A DNA stretch of 48,434 bases from Candidatus Aegiribacteria sp. (GTDB lineage: Bacteria > Fermentibacterota > Fermentibacteria > Fermentibacterales > JCC-6), in contig JAWOBF010000070.1 of NCBI GenBank assembly GCA_046498225.1, positions 1-48,434 of the forward strand. The letters run 5' to 3'. Numbering within the stretch: position 1 is the first letter of the stretch; the number at the start of each line of letters is the position of its first letter. A program made the position numbers and the translations under genes. The notes under the pieces are model-generated. The model was not told where the DNA came from and did not search any database. It saw nothing but the letters and a program-made list of their open reading frames with translations. Shown here piece after piece: positions 29,296 to 38,157 of this stretch.

Positions 29296-31554
29296 TCAGG
29301 CCAGCCCGCTCTCATCCCCTCCGTCCCGGGTGAAGAGGCATGAGGAACCGGTTTTGTCCCTGAGCTGCCAGAGGTAATCGGCGTCCATGTCATCGGGGAG
29401 AGGAAAGATGTTCAGGTCCGCTTCGGGACCCTGGCTCGAGTACCTGTCATAATGCTCGTCCGCTTTGAATGCCCCCGTCTCCGCCGGCAGTCTGGCCAGG
29501 TCCACCAGCCGGGAGAGGAACTCCCTCGCCCTGCTGATGTCGGCCTTGTTCTCCACGGCCGCGGTGACGGTCAGCCTTGCGTTCCAGCGGTCATACATGC
29601 GGTAGGCGAGAAGAATGGCCAGGTCCAGCTCCTCGAACTCCATTTCCAGTTTCCATTCGGGGCCCCGGTCCGGTATCCAGAGGTTGACCCGGTTCCTTCT
29701 CCCCAGACCGGCGGTCTCATGGCGGACCAGCAGAGCCACTCCTATGCGCTGGTTTTTCGCTTCCCTTATCACCGACTGCAGAGATTCGTGGGTCTCCCGG
29801 TCCTTCGGAAGTTCCAGGAACAGCATGTTCGGCCGGAAAAAGGAGCCTGCCATGGCCTGCATGGCAACCCTCACGTCCCCGGGGAAGTTATCCCCCATCA
29901 TCACGGTTGACGAGCTGTAGATACCCTCGTTCATGAAGGCGTGCCTGGTGTCGTCAAGCCGGCTGGCGAGTCTCTCCATCTCCTCCTCCGGCGCTATGCC
30001 GAAGAGCTTGACCGATCCCATGGGGAATACCATCTCCCTCACCAGTTCGAAGGCGCCCATGAGACGGCTCGGGTCCTCGACGGGGAGCAGCACGTTGGGT
30101 TTCCATGCCCTTTCGGGGGCGTCCCGGGAAAGTTTGACCTGCTTCGCCGCCCACTCGGCCAGGGCGGTGAACAGACCGCTCCTCACGTTGCCGGTGGGAG
30201 AGGTGAGTTCCCTTTTCATCAGTACGAAATAGATGAGCATCACCAGGCCCACGGCGAAAAGACTGAAGATGGGGTCTATGATGAACATGGCGAAGAGACA
30301 CCCGGCCAGTCCCAGTAAGGGGGCCGCCTTCGGCACCTTCAGAAGCGGTCTGAAGCTGATGAGCCGAAGGCTCTGCTCGATACTCACCACCAGATTGATG
30401 GTTGCGTAGGTAAGAAGGAATATCATGGCTACCAGCGGTGCTATGGCGTTGAGCTGTCTCAGCATCACAGCCGCCAGCGCTATGGCGGCGGTGAAGAAGG
30501 TGGCGTTCCGGGGCTCACCCCTGCGTGACCTTCTCGAGAACCAGGAGGAAGCTGGAACGATGCTGTGATTTCCCAGGGCCTCAAGTATCCGGGGCGCGCC
30601 CACGAAGGAGGCCAGGGCGGATGAAAAGGTAGCCGCCAGAAGGCCTCCCAGCACCGCCGGACCCCAGAATGCCCTGTCTATCATTATGGTGTAGTTCGAA
30701 ACCAGCTCCTCCACGGAGGCGGTCCGCATCAGCCACCAGGCCAGAAGCAGGTAAACCACCAGGCTCACGCCGATGGCGGCTATGGTCCCTCTCGGAATGG
30801 ACTTTCTGGGATTCTTGAGGTCACCGGACATGTTCGCCCCCGCCATGATCCCGGTTGAGGCGGGGAAGAACACGGCGAATACCACCCAGAAGGAGGTTCC
30901 GGAAAAGCCTCCTTCGGGGCTCCCCGGGAAATCCCCCCACCATACGACCGGGTTGTCCAGGGGACCCCGGATGGCGGCGATGGCGATAGAGATAAGAGCG
31001 GCCCCGATAATCATCAGGATAAAATACTGTACCTTGAACGCGAGCCCGGTACTTACGAAGGCTATGAGGAATATCACGGCCAGGATGAAGAGGTCTATGA
31101 CGATGGAGGGCATCGCCGGAACCCCCCAGGCATCAACGGCCCAGATATAGCCTTCGCGGAAACCGAATATGTACATGACCACCACAAGCGCCTGGGAAAT
31201 GTAGAGGGGGATCCCAACCGCCCCCCCGACCTCGAGTCCAAGCGACTGGGATATCATGGAGAAAGCGCCACCCGGTCCCATGCGTATGTTGCTTACGAAA
31301 GTGGACATGGAAAGGCCGGTTGCCGCGGTGATGGAAAAGGAGAGAAGAATGATGGCGAAAGCGCCTCCCAGGCCGGCATTTCCCACCACCCAGCCCTCTC
31401 TCAGGAACAGTATCACGCCCAGTATCGTAAGCAGACAGGGGGTGAACACTCCTGCGAAAGTGCCGAATTTCCTGCTGGTCGAGGCTTCCCGCTCCTCCAC
31501 CTGCTGCTGAACATCTCCAGCGGTCTTTCCTGTGGAACCGTTGCCGTCTTCCAT
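29296..31554 (-). CDS. SLC12/CCC-like amino acid or cation-chloride transporter (APC superfamily)
   Basis: FGTFAGVF.P.LLTILGVILFLR, GGAFSMISQSLG, FFPASTGIMAGANMSGDL, SAPR-like GAPRIL, soluble C-terminal domain with WKPN. Confidence 0.9.
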   Translation of the reverse strand: MEDGNGSTGKTAGDVQQQVEEREASTSRKFGTFAGVFTPCLLTILGVILFLREGWVVGNAGLGGAFAIILLSFSITAATGLSMSTFVSNIRMGPGGAFSMISQSLGLEVGGAVGIPLYISQALVVVMYIFGFREGYIWAVDAWGVPAMPSIVIDLFILAVIFLIAFVSTGLAFKVQYFILMIIGAALISIAIAAIRGPLDNPVVWWGDFPGSPEGGFSGTSFWVVFAVFFPASTGIMAGANMSGDLKNPRKSIPRGTIAAIGVSLVVYLLLAWWLMRTASVEELVSNYTIMIDRAFWGPAVLGGLLAATFSSALASFVGAPRILEALGNHSIVPASSWFSRRSRRGEPRNATFFTAAIALAAVMLRQLNAIAPLVAMIFLLTYATINLVVSIEQSLRLISFRPLLKVPKAAPLLGLAGCLFAMFIIDPIFSLFAVGLVMLIYFVLMKRELTSPTGNVRSGLFTALAEWAAKQVKLSRDAPERAWKPNVLLPVEDPSRLMGAFELVREMVFPMGSVKLFGIAPEEEMERLASRLDDTRHAFMNEGIYSSSTVMMGDNFPGDVRVAMQAMAGSFFRPNMLFLELPKDRETHESLQSVIREAKNQRIGVALLVRHETAGLGRRNRVNLWIPDRGPEWKLEMEFEELDLAILLAYRMYDRWNARLTVTAAVENKADISRAREFLSRLVDLARLPAETGAFKADEHYDRYSSQGPEADLNIFPLPDDMDADYLWQLRDKTGSSCLFTRDGGDESGLA

Positions 31555-31611
31555 ACTCTGCCACCCCTCTCCTGAAAGACTGTCTGCCGCGGATGGTGCC
31601 GGAAAATCCGG

Positions 31612-32175
31612 TCAGAGACCGATGTCCCCGGCTATGGCCTTCATCGCGTCGAGGGAGAGGTTCACGAACCGGCCGAGGTCGTAGCCGGCCTGTTCACATT
31701 CCCTTATGGTTCCGCGCGGCACGGAACGGGCGAAGGCGGTCATCCTCATTCTCTTGGTCACCGATTTCGGTTTGACCGGGGCCAGTTTCCGGTCTGGATA
31801 TACCAGCGCCACGGCGACGATGAGGCCGGTGATGGACTCGCCGGCCGCCAGGAGACGTTCGAAATCCGAAGTCCGCTCAGTGCCGTTGTTCTCCGCGTTG
31901 TGGGCCCTGATGGCCTGCAGACATTCCTCCGGAAGCCTTCCCCGGAGCATCTCAGCGGTCTCCAGACCGTGCCGGGAATGGTCATCGGAAGTATCCTCGT
32001 AATCAAGGTCGTGCAGCAGGCCGGTCAGCCCCCACAGTTCCGCGTCCTCCCCCCTGTCCTCCGCCAGTTTCCGCATGACCGCTTCGGTCGCCAGGGAGTG
32101 TCGCACCAGGTTCTCGTTGTCGAGCCTGCTCCTCAGAAGTTCAAGGGCCTCTTCACGGTCGATCCATCCAGTCAC
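31612..32175 (-). CDS. HD-domain (HDIG-type) metal-dependent phosphohydrolase
   Basis: RHSLATEAVM, GLLHDLDYE, IRAHN, TGLIVAVALV.P. Confidence 0.88.
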   Translation of the reverse strand: MTGWIDREEALELLRSRLDNENLVRHSLATEAVMRKLAEDRGEDAELWGLTGLLHDLDYEDTSDDHSRHGLETAEMLRGRLPEECLQAIRAHNAENNGTERTSDFERLLAAGESITGLIVAVALVYPDRKLAPVKPKSVTKRMRMTAFARSVPRGTIRECEQAGYDLGRFVNLSLDAMKAIAGDIGL

Positions 32176-33706
32176 TGTTCCATCTACCTCCGGAAGTTAG
32201 AAGTTCGCTGTCCTTTCCATTTTCGAGCACCCTGAACGCCACGCCCAGATGGTCCGCCAGGTCCGAGGGAATGAGGGACCTCCCGGAAGAGCGTTCCACC
32301 GCCATGTCCCCGGCCAGGCCGTGTACGAACGAGGCCAGCACACCGGCTTCGAAGGGTTCCATTCCCTGTGCCATAAGTGATGCCGCCACACCTGTGAGAA
32401 CGTCCCCGCTCCCTCCGGTGGCCATTCCGCTGTTTCCCGCCGGGATCAGGGACGCCCCGCGAGCAGAATGGAAGACCATGGAGGGCCTTCCCTTGAGCAG
32501 GATGGCGATGTCCGACGAGCCGGCCAGGTCCGCCGCGGCGCGGGAACGGTCGGCAATGCTGGACGGATCGCAGCGGGAAAGTCTGGACATCTCCCCGGGG
32601 TGCGGGGTTAGAAGAAGCGGCCCGCGGTACCCGCTCAGCTGTCCGGCCGGTTCCTCCAGGACGTTGAGCGCGTCCGCGTCCAGCACCAGCGGAAGATCCC
32701 AGTTGGCCAGTATATAGTTGACTATCTTCCTGGTGGACTGGGTGTTGCCCAGTCCGGGGCCAACCGCGGCTGCATCGAACTCCAGCGGATCGGGAATGCT
32801 GCTTGGATCACCCGGCAGGAAGTAAGCGGACAGGGCTTCCGGCACTCGACCCGCCACCAGCTGATGGGCCGACAGGGGAACCGCCAGCTTCACAAGGCCT
32901 ACTCCGGAGCGCAGGGCTCCCATGGCCATGAGCTGGGGAGCCCCCGGCATGGACTCGGAACCGCCGATCAGAAGGACCCTGCCGAATGTACCCTTGTGAC
33001 CCTCCACAGGCCGCCGGGGCAGCAGGCTCCAGGCGTCGCTGACGCCCGGAACCATCCTGTCGTCCTCCCCGTCCACCTCAATTCCGATATCGGCGACGAA
33101 AATTCCACCGGTATAGCCGCACCCCGGAGGGAAAAGAAGGCCCGCCTTGGGAGCGGCGAAGGTGACGGTAAGGTCGGCGGGGACCGTGTGAGGGTCAACC
33201 TCGCCGGTCCTTCCGTTTATGCCTGACGGGGTGTCCAGAGCTAGCACTCCGCACCCGTAGCTCTTCATTCTGTCCAGGCATCGGGCGAAAATGCCCTCTA
33301 TCCCGCCCCTGAAACCGGTCCCCAGAAGAGCGTCGACCACCAGGGAGGGGGAATCCGGCAGCTCGTCCATTTTGGCGGGAGGAACAACCACGCCCCCGTC
33401 CTGCACGAACCTGGTCAGGTTCTTCTGGCAGTCTGCGGAAAGACTTTTCCCCGCGGCGGCGGCCATGACCACGTGGGCGTAATAGGACCTCTCCCTGAGC
33501 TTGCGGGCAACCACCAGCCCGTCGCCCCCGTTGTTGCCGGGGCCGGCGAAGACTATTACCGGGCCCTGGTCCGGGGTGACCATGCCCATGGCCCTTCCGG
33601 CGGCGGATGTTCCGGCCCTCTCCATCAGAACCTCCCCCGGAGTTCCGTTCTCTATGGCTCTCCTGTCGTAGTCGGACATCTCTTCGGGTATTACCCAGAA
33701 TCTCAT
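32153..33706 (-). CDS. nnr: Bifunctional NAD(P)HX epimerase/dehydratase (YjeF)
   Basis: LMERAG, GPGNNGGDG, VDALLGTG, DTPSG, HKGTFG, GPGLG, LDADAL, TPHPGE, ATGGSGDVL. Confidence 0.97.
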   Translation of the reverse strand: MRFWVIPEEMSDYDRRAIENGTPGEVLMERAGTSAAGRAMGMVTPDQGPVIVFAGPGNNGGDGLVVARKLRERSYYAHVVMAAAAGKSLSADCQKNLTRFVQDGGVVVPPAKMDELPDSPSLVVDALLGTGFRGGIEGIFARCLDRMKSYGCGVLALDTPSGINGRTGEVDPHTVPADLTVTFAAPKAGLLFPPGCGYTGGIFVADIGIEVDGEDDRMVPGVSDAWSLLPRRPVEGHKGTFGRVLLIGGSESMPGAPQLMAMGALRSGVGLVKLAVPLSAHQLVAGRVPEALSAYFLPGDPSSIPDPLEFDAAAVGPGLGNTQSTRKIVNYILANWDLPLVLDADALNVLEEPAGQLSGYRGPLLLTPHPGEMSRLSRCDPSSIADRSRAAADLAGSSDIAILLKGRPSMVFHSARGASLIPAGNSGMATGGSGDVLTGVAASLMAQGMEPFEAGVLASFVHGLAGDMAVERSSGRSLIPSDLADHLGVAFRVLENGKDSELLTSGGRWNSDWMDRP

Positions 33707-34080
33707 GGAAGACCCCCCGATCCTTCAAGAAATACAACTGCTACAGCTACTCTGGATGTATGTGAAACGCTGACCAGGACCCTTCTGCCGGCAAGCAGTT
33801 CCTTCGATCTTCCGCTGACCACGGGTCCAAGCGGATAACGTTCTTTGAAGGGAAGCTCGAAATCATGCCACCTGACTCCCCCCGAGAGTCCGGTTCCGAG
33901 AGCCTTGAAGAAAGCCTCCTTGGCGGCGAACCTGGTGGCCAGGAAGGAGGCATCATTCCCATGTCCGCGCTCGGCGTCTGTGAATATCCTCTTAAGGAAA
34001 CTCTCCCCGCTGCGCTCCAGGGCCCTGCCAACCCTCGCGATGCTCTCGATATCGACTCCGTACGAGCTGCCGGTGTACAT
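33703..34080 (-). CDS. acpS: Holo-[ACP] synthase
   Basis: GVDIE.I.R, RIFT..E, RFAAKEAFFKALGTG, SVSHT. Confidence 0.93.
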   Translation of the reverse strand: MYTGSSYGVDIESIARVGRALERSGESFLKRIFTDAERGHGNDASFLATRFAAKEAFFKALGTGLSGGVRWHDFELPFKERYPLGPVVSGRSKELLAGRRVLVSVSHTSRVAVAVVFLEGSGGLP

Positions 34081-34142
34081 AACGCCTCTTCTTCAGTCCG
34101 GTGACAATCCTGCCGGAGCCATATAGTACTAAAAACCGGGGG

Positions 34143-35156
34143 TCACTGGCAACACAGAGGGGAGAGTTCCTTTCCTGACCACCTGGCGAAAGCGTTGCAT
34201 GAAAGAGGGGAACATGAAGCCGGATCATCCGCCAGAGCGGCCGCAGCCGCCCTTCCCACCATCAGGGCGTTGTCCATGGCATGGCCGATGTCCGGCAGGA
34301 ACAGTTTCAGCCCCGCGGATGAAGATGCTTCCCGCAGCGCCTGTCTGAGAAGGCTGTTGGCGGTGACGCCGCCCGCGGCGAGCACGCTGCGGGCGCCGTG
34401 AGCCCCGCACTGGTACATAAGTTTGGAAACCAGAACATCAACTACCGTCCTTCTGAATGAGGCGGCCAGGTGAGGCAGTTCCGCCCCGCTCTCCCACGCC
34501 AGCTTTGCCGCGGTCTTGAGACCGCTGAAGCTGAATTCGGGCAGGGATGGGTCCGACATCGGAGAGGGCAGCGGTATCCTGGAGGGGTCGCCGTCTTCCG
34601 CGGCCCTGTCCAGCAGGGCCCCCCCCGGATAGCCCAGGCCGGCCAGCTTGGCGGTCTTGTCGAACGCCTCTCCTGCGGCATCGTCCCTGGTGGAGCCCAG
34701 AAGGGTTATACTGCACCAGGAGTCCATTCGGAAAAGCATGGTGTGGCCGCCGGAGACAAGCAGGGCCACGGCCGGGAACGCCACCTCGTCCCCGGTCCCG
34801 TAATGAATGAAAAGATGGGCGGCCAGATGATTGATCCCGAGGAACGGCCTGCCTGATGCCCAGGCGGCCGCCTTGGCCCAGGAAAGCCCCACCAGCAGTG
34901 ACCCCACAAGACCCGGGCCGGCGGTAGCGGCGAAAGCGCCGATATCTTTCATGTTCCTGACGCCGCCTTCGTCCAGCACTTCTTCCACCAGAGACGGGAG
35001 CACCCTCATGTGGTTCCTCGACGCCAGCTCCGGCACCACGCCTCCATGGACCGAGTGCACCTTCTGGCCGGCCAGCCGTTCGGCTACCGACCGACAGCCC
35101 CGGAGCAGGGCCACCGCCGTGTCGTCGCAGGAAGTCTCAACGGCCAGTATCAGCAA
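34143..35156 (-). CDS. tsaD: tRNA N6-adenosine threonylcarbamoyltransferase
   Basis: ETSCDDT, GGVVPELASR.H, NHL.AH, VSGGHT, DDAAGEAFDK, FSFSGLKT, DNA.M. Confidence 0.97.
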   Translation of the reverse strand: MLILAVETSCDDTAVALLRGCRSVAERLAGQKVHSVHGGVVPELASRNHMRVLPSLVEEVLDEGGVRNMKDIGAFAATAGPGLVGSLLVGLSWAKAAAWASGRPFLGINHLAAHLFIHYGTGDEVAFPAVALLVSGGHTMLFRMDSWCSITLLGSTRDDAAGEAFDKTAKLAGLGYPGGALLDRAAEDGDPSRIPLPSPMSDPSLPEFSFSGLKTAAKLAWESGAELPHLAASFRRTVVDVLVSKLMYQCGAHGARSVLAAGGVTANSLLRQALREASSSAGLKLFLPDIGHAMDNALMVGRAAAAALADDPASCSPLSCNAFARWSGKELSPLCCQ

Positions 35157-35161
35157 ACGGG

Positions 35162-35614
35162 CTATTCCTCCTCTTCCGGAAGTATCCTTACCGTCAGGTC
35201 CGCCCGAATGTCCCCGTATATCTTCACCGGCACGGTGTACTCGCCGGTGGCCTTGAGATGTTCGGCCAGGAGAACCTGGTCCACGTCTATTTCGAAGCCG
35301 GCGTCCTGCAGGGCCGCGGAGACGTTCCTCTCGTTGACGCTGCCGTAGAGGTGCCCGGTCTCGTCCGCCGACGCCTTGATCTCCACCACGTGCTTAGTGA
35401 GCCTGTCGGCCAGCTCCTGCGACTCCGTGGATATTCGAGCCTGCTCCTTGAGCGCTCTGGTGCGGTAGAGCTCGGTTGATTTTACCGCGGCCGGGGTAGC
35501 CTTTACGGCCAGGTTACGGGGAAAGAGATAGTTCCGGGCGTAGCCGTCAGCCACGTCCACCACATCCCCCCCCAGACCGAGGTCCTCCACGCTCTTGATG
35601 AGAAGTACTTTCAT
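35162..35614 (-). CDS. rplI: 50S ribosomal protein L9
   Basis: MKVLL...LG..GDVVDVADGYARNYLFP, G.LYGSV; true ATG at 35614. Confidence 0.98.
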   Translation of the reverse strand: MKVLLIKSVEDLGLGGDVVDVADGYARNYLFPRNLAVKATPAAVKSTELYRTRALKEQARISTESQELADRLTKHVVEIKASADETGHLYGSVNERNVSAALQDAGFEIDVDQVLLAEHLKATGEYTVPVKIYGDIRADLTVRILPEEEE

Positions 35615-36483
35615 TATTGGTTCTTCCTTTCCTTTGATCTTTCCATAAGGGCTCTGAAATCGATCCAGGTATCCAGTATGCCGGTAATTATCAGCAGGCC
35701 AGCGGCCGCCGGAGGAAATAGAATTCCCACCAGGAGCGCCAGAAACAGGCTGCGGGGGTACAGCGCGAGAAGCCGCCTGAGGACTGAAAGACCCACCACG
35801 GAATAGGGCAGCGCCATGAACATCGAGACGTTCACCGAGGCCCGCTTCACTTCCGGAGGCAGACCGCCCGCGAGGTTCGCCGCCAGGGCGACGATGAGGA
35901 TCCATGCGGGAAGAAGCCCCAGCCTCACCGGCTCTCCTTCCCCGGTGTCAGGCCAGGTCCCCCCCCTCATGCATATCATCCTGGCCGCCGCGCCGGCGGC
36001 TATAACGCCGGTGGCAGCCCACAGGGCCATGAGGGCCGGCAGAATATAGACCAGCAGCTCCATGGCCAGCGCTATCTCGGAACCGCTGATTCCGGCGGAA
36101 CCGTACATCCGGGCAAGGGTCTCCAGGTTGTCCGAAGAGAGAAAGGAGCCTTCCGGAAGAAGCAGGGTCACGAAAATGGCCGCTACGGCGGTGGCGCCGG
36201 AGGCTATGGTCACGGAAGACCTGAAGTTCCTGCCGGTGAGTATGGTCCCGGCCATTGCTCCGGAGCCGGTTGCCGCGATCAGGGCGCCGTTGAATCCGCT
36301 GATAAGGTAAACCAGCGCCAGTGTGCCCAGGGCCAGGGGAAGACCCTGCCCCGCAGTTCTGCCCACCAGCATCGCAGTCATTACGGCCATTCCCACGAAG
36401 GGCACGCCCATGAGAACCAGGATTATTCCCGCGACTACGATCCCGAGAAGCCCGCCGCCGCTCCCCGCAGCCCTGTCTGCCAT
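35614..36483 (-). CDS. YybS/DUF2232-like membrane protein
   Basis: Multi-pass hydrophobic protein ending GILDTWIDFR; canonical rpsR-rplI position. Confidence 0.8.
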   Translation of the reverse strand: MADRAAGSGGGLLGIVVAGIILVLMGVPFVGMAVMTAMLVGRTAGQGLPLALGTLALVYLISGFNGALIAATGSGAMAGTILTGRNFRSSVTIASGATAVAAIFVTLLLPEGSFLSSDNLETLARMYGSAGISGSEIALAMELLVYILPALMALWAATGVIAAGAAARMICMRGGTWPDTGEGEPVRLGLLPAWILIVALAANLAGGLPPEVKRASVNVSMFMALPYSVVGLSVLRRLLALYPRSLFLALLVGILFPPAAAGLLIITGILDTWIDFRALMERSKERKNQ

Positions 36484-36502
36484 ATCTACAGCCGAGGGTC
36501 GA

Positions 36503-36760
36503 TTATCTGTAGTGTTCTCTGACGTAGGGCACAAGGGCCAGGAACCTGGCCACCTTCACCGCGTTGGCCACCAACCTCTGGTGTCTGGCGCAGTTACCGG
36601 TAACCCGCCTGGCAACTATCTTTCCCCTGTCAGAAACGTACCTCTGGAGAAGCCTCTCGTTCTTGTATGAGATCTCCATCTGAGGGTTGGCGCAGAACCG
36701 GCATTTCTTCTTTCTGCCGAACTTGCTGCTTTTCTTCTTTGTTCTCTTCTGTGCCGCCAA
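36503..36760 (-). CDS. rpsR: 30S ribosomal protein S18 (Zn-ribbon type)
   Basis: [38 protein letters not shown] start with AGGAGG. Confidence 0.98.
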   Translation of the reverse strand: MAAQKRTKKKSSKFGRKKKCRFCANPQMEISYKNERLLQRYVSDRGKIVARRVTGNCARHQRLVANAVKVARFLALVPYVREHYR

Positions 36761-36788
36761 GTTAAACTCCTCCTGATCGTTACTGTTT

Positions 36789-37136
36789 TCAGGTGCTCAG
36801 GGCGGTAATGTCCGAAGCCTTGACCACCATTCTGTGCTGAGTTCTCTTCATCCTGTCCACGAAGGACCTGCTGACCAGGCTGCCTTCAAGTAGCACGAAC
36901 ATTCCGTTCCTTATCTCCCGGTCCACCCTTTCGGCCAGGCTTCCCCAGGCCTCCACGTCGAGTACGTAGGTCTTTATATCCTCTCCCTCACCGCCCGACG
37001 GCGGCGACAGGTAGTTCTCCAGCCTGAACCTCAGGTGGAAGATCTCGAGGCTGGTCAGCCTCAGCTCTCCCTTCTGGACAACCTTTCCGGTGAAGACCGT
37101 GTAGTTAAGTTCCGGCAGTTCGTGCGGTACGGTCAT
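36789..37136 (-). CDS. SSB-like OB-fold paralog lacking the acidic tail (PriB-like)
   Basis: [33 protein letters not shown]; 115 aa, ends right after the OB fold. Confidence 0.85.
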   Translation of the reverse strand: MTVPHELPELNYTVFTGKVVQKGELRLTSLEIFHLRFRLENYLSPPSGGEGEDIKTYVLDVEAWGSLAERVDREIRNGMFVLLEGSLVSRSFVDRMKRTQHRMVVKASDITALST

Positions 37137-37141
37137 GACGG

Positions 37142-37591
37142 TCAGAAGGGGATGTCGTCGTCCGGCATCTGGGTGTCCGGTTCTTCGGGTTCCGGCTCGC
37201 TGCCGGCATCGCTTCCCCCCCCGTAGTCACGGGCGGAGGTATCCTGCCCCTTCCGTTCCAGGAACTGTATCCTTCTGGCGTTGACCTCCAGGCGGCTTCT
37301 CTTGCCGCCGTCCCGGTCTTCCCAGGAGTTGTATACCAGCTCGCCCTCCACAAGTACCGGCGAGCCCTTCCGGCAGTACTCGCCGACCAGTTCGGCGGTC
37401 TTGCGCCAGGCTACGACGTTCACGAAGCAGGTCTTCTCCTGCCATTCGCCGTTGCGGTCGCGGTACCTCTGGTTGTTGGCTATGGACATCTTGGCCAGAT
37501 GGGTCCCGTTTTCCAGTATCCTGGTATCGGGGTCCCGTACAAGGTTCCCGGAGATGATGACCTTGTTTATGCTGGGCATCCTAAGGTCCAT
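37142..37591 (-). CDS. ssb: Single-stranded DNA-binding protein
   Basis: INKVIISGNLVRDP, VVAWRKTAE, VEGEL...W, C-terminal DDDIPF. Confidence 0.98.
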   Translation of the reverse strand: MDLRMPSINKVIISGNLVRDPDTRILENGTHLAKMSIANNQRYRDRNGEWQEKTCFVNVVAWRKTAELVGEYCRKGSPVLVEGELVYNSWEDRDGGKRSRLEVNARRIQFLERKGQDTSARDYGGGSDAGSEPEPEEPDTQMPDDDIPF

Positions 37592-37956
37592 TACTCCTCC
37601 TCGCTCTCCATCTCATCCTCGTCCTCATCATCATCAGGGTAGTCTTCATCCATGGAGGATACTCCCTTCCCCTCCTCGGCGCGGAGGTTCAGGAACCTGA
37701 GACAGTTGTCGTTGATCCTGAGATGCTTTTCGATGGCTTCTATCACGCTGCTCTCGCCGTTCCAGTTCAGGAAGTGATAGATGCCCTCGGTCTGCTTCCT
37801 GATGGGATAGGCCAGTATACGGCGGCTCCATTTGTCAGAGCCGCTGTACGCGCCGCCCTCACCCTTGATGATCTCGACAACACGGTCGTGTTCCTTGTCG
37901 ATATCTGTCTCGGGGATGCTGGCGCTCCAGATTATTACGGTTTCGTAATCTCGCAA
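37591..37956 (-). CDS. rpsF: 30S ribosomal protein S6
   Basis: MRDYETVII, W.RR.LAYPI, G.Y, LRI...LRF, acidic tail; TTG start. Confidence 0.95.
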   Translation of the reverse strand: MRDYETVIIWSASIPETDIDKEHDRVVEIIKGEGGAYSGSDKWSRRILAYPIRKQTEGIYHFLNWNGESSVIEAIEKHLRINDNCLRFLNLRAEEGKGVSSMDEDYPDDDEDEDEMESEEE

Positions 37957-37964
37957 ACCAGGAA

Positions 37965-38009
37965 CTCCTTCCGGTACGGGTTAAGACGGCAGGTCCCGGC
38001 CGGAAGGAG
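37965..38009 (-). promoter_or_regulatory. rpsF 5' leader hairpin (S6:S18-type autoregulatory RNA)
   Basis: On the mRNA, CUCCUUCCGG pairs with CCGGAAGGAG (10 bp) and buries the SD AAGGAG; inner CGGG/CCCG stem. Confidence 0.7.
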
Positions 38010-38157
38010 CACAACACTGTACTGTGATGTGGCGTCGTTTCCGGTCCGGTGATCCGCGTCACTTCGGGCTGCGCGACCTTCGCGCGCAGCAAACGACCGC
38101 CCAATAATCGGCAATTCCGCCCCGGCGGTCAAGTCCCGGGGCCGGTTAACGGAAGCT

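Noticed and set aside
35615..35905. N-terminal extension of L9 in the ORF track (likewise rsmG, iorB, dnaN, yidD, rpmH)
   Set aside because: Upstream in-frame starts overlap neighbouring genes or lack an RBS; family N-termini match the downstream ATGs.
38104..38132. Possible rpsF promoter (TTGACC on the minus strand)
   Set aside because: No convincing -10 at 16-18 bp spacing; too weak to call.
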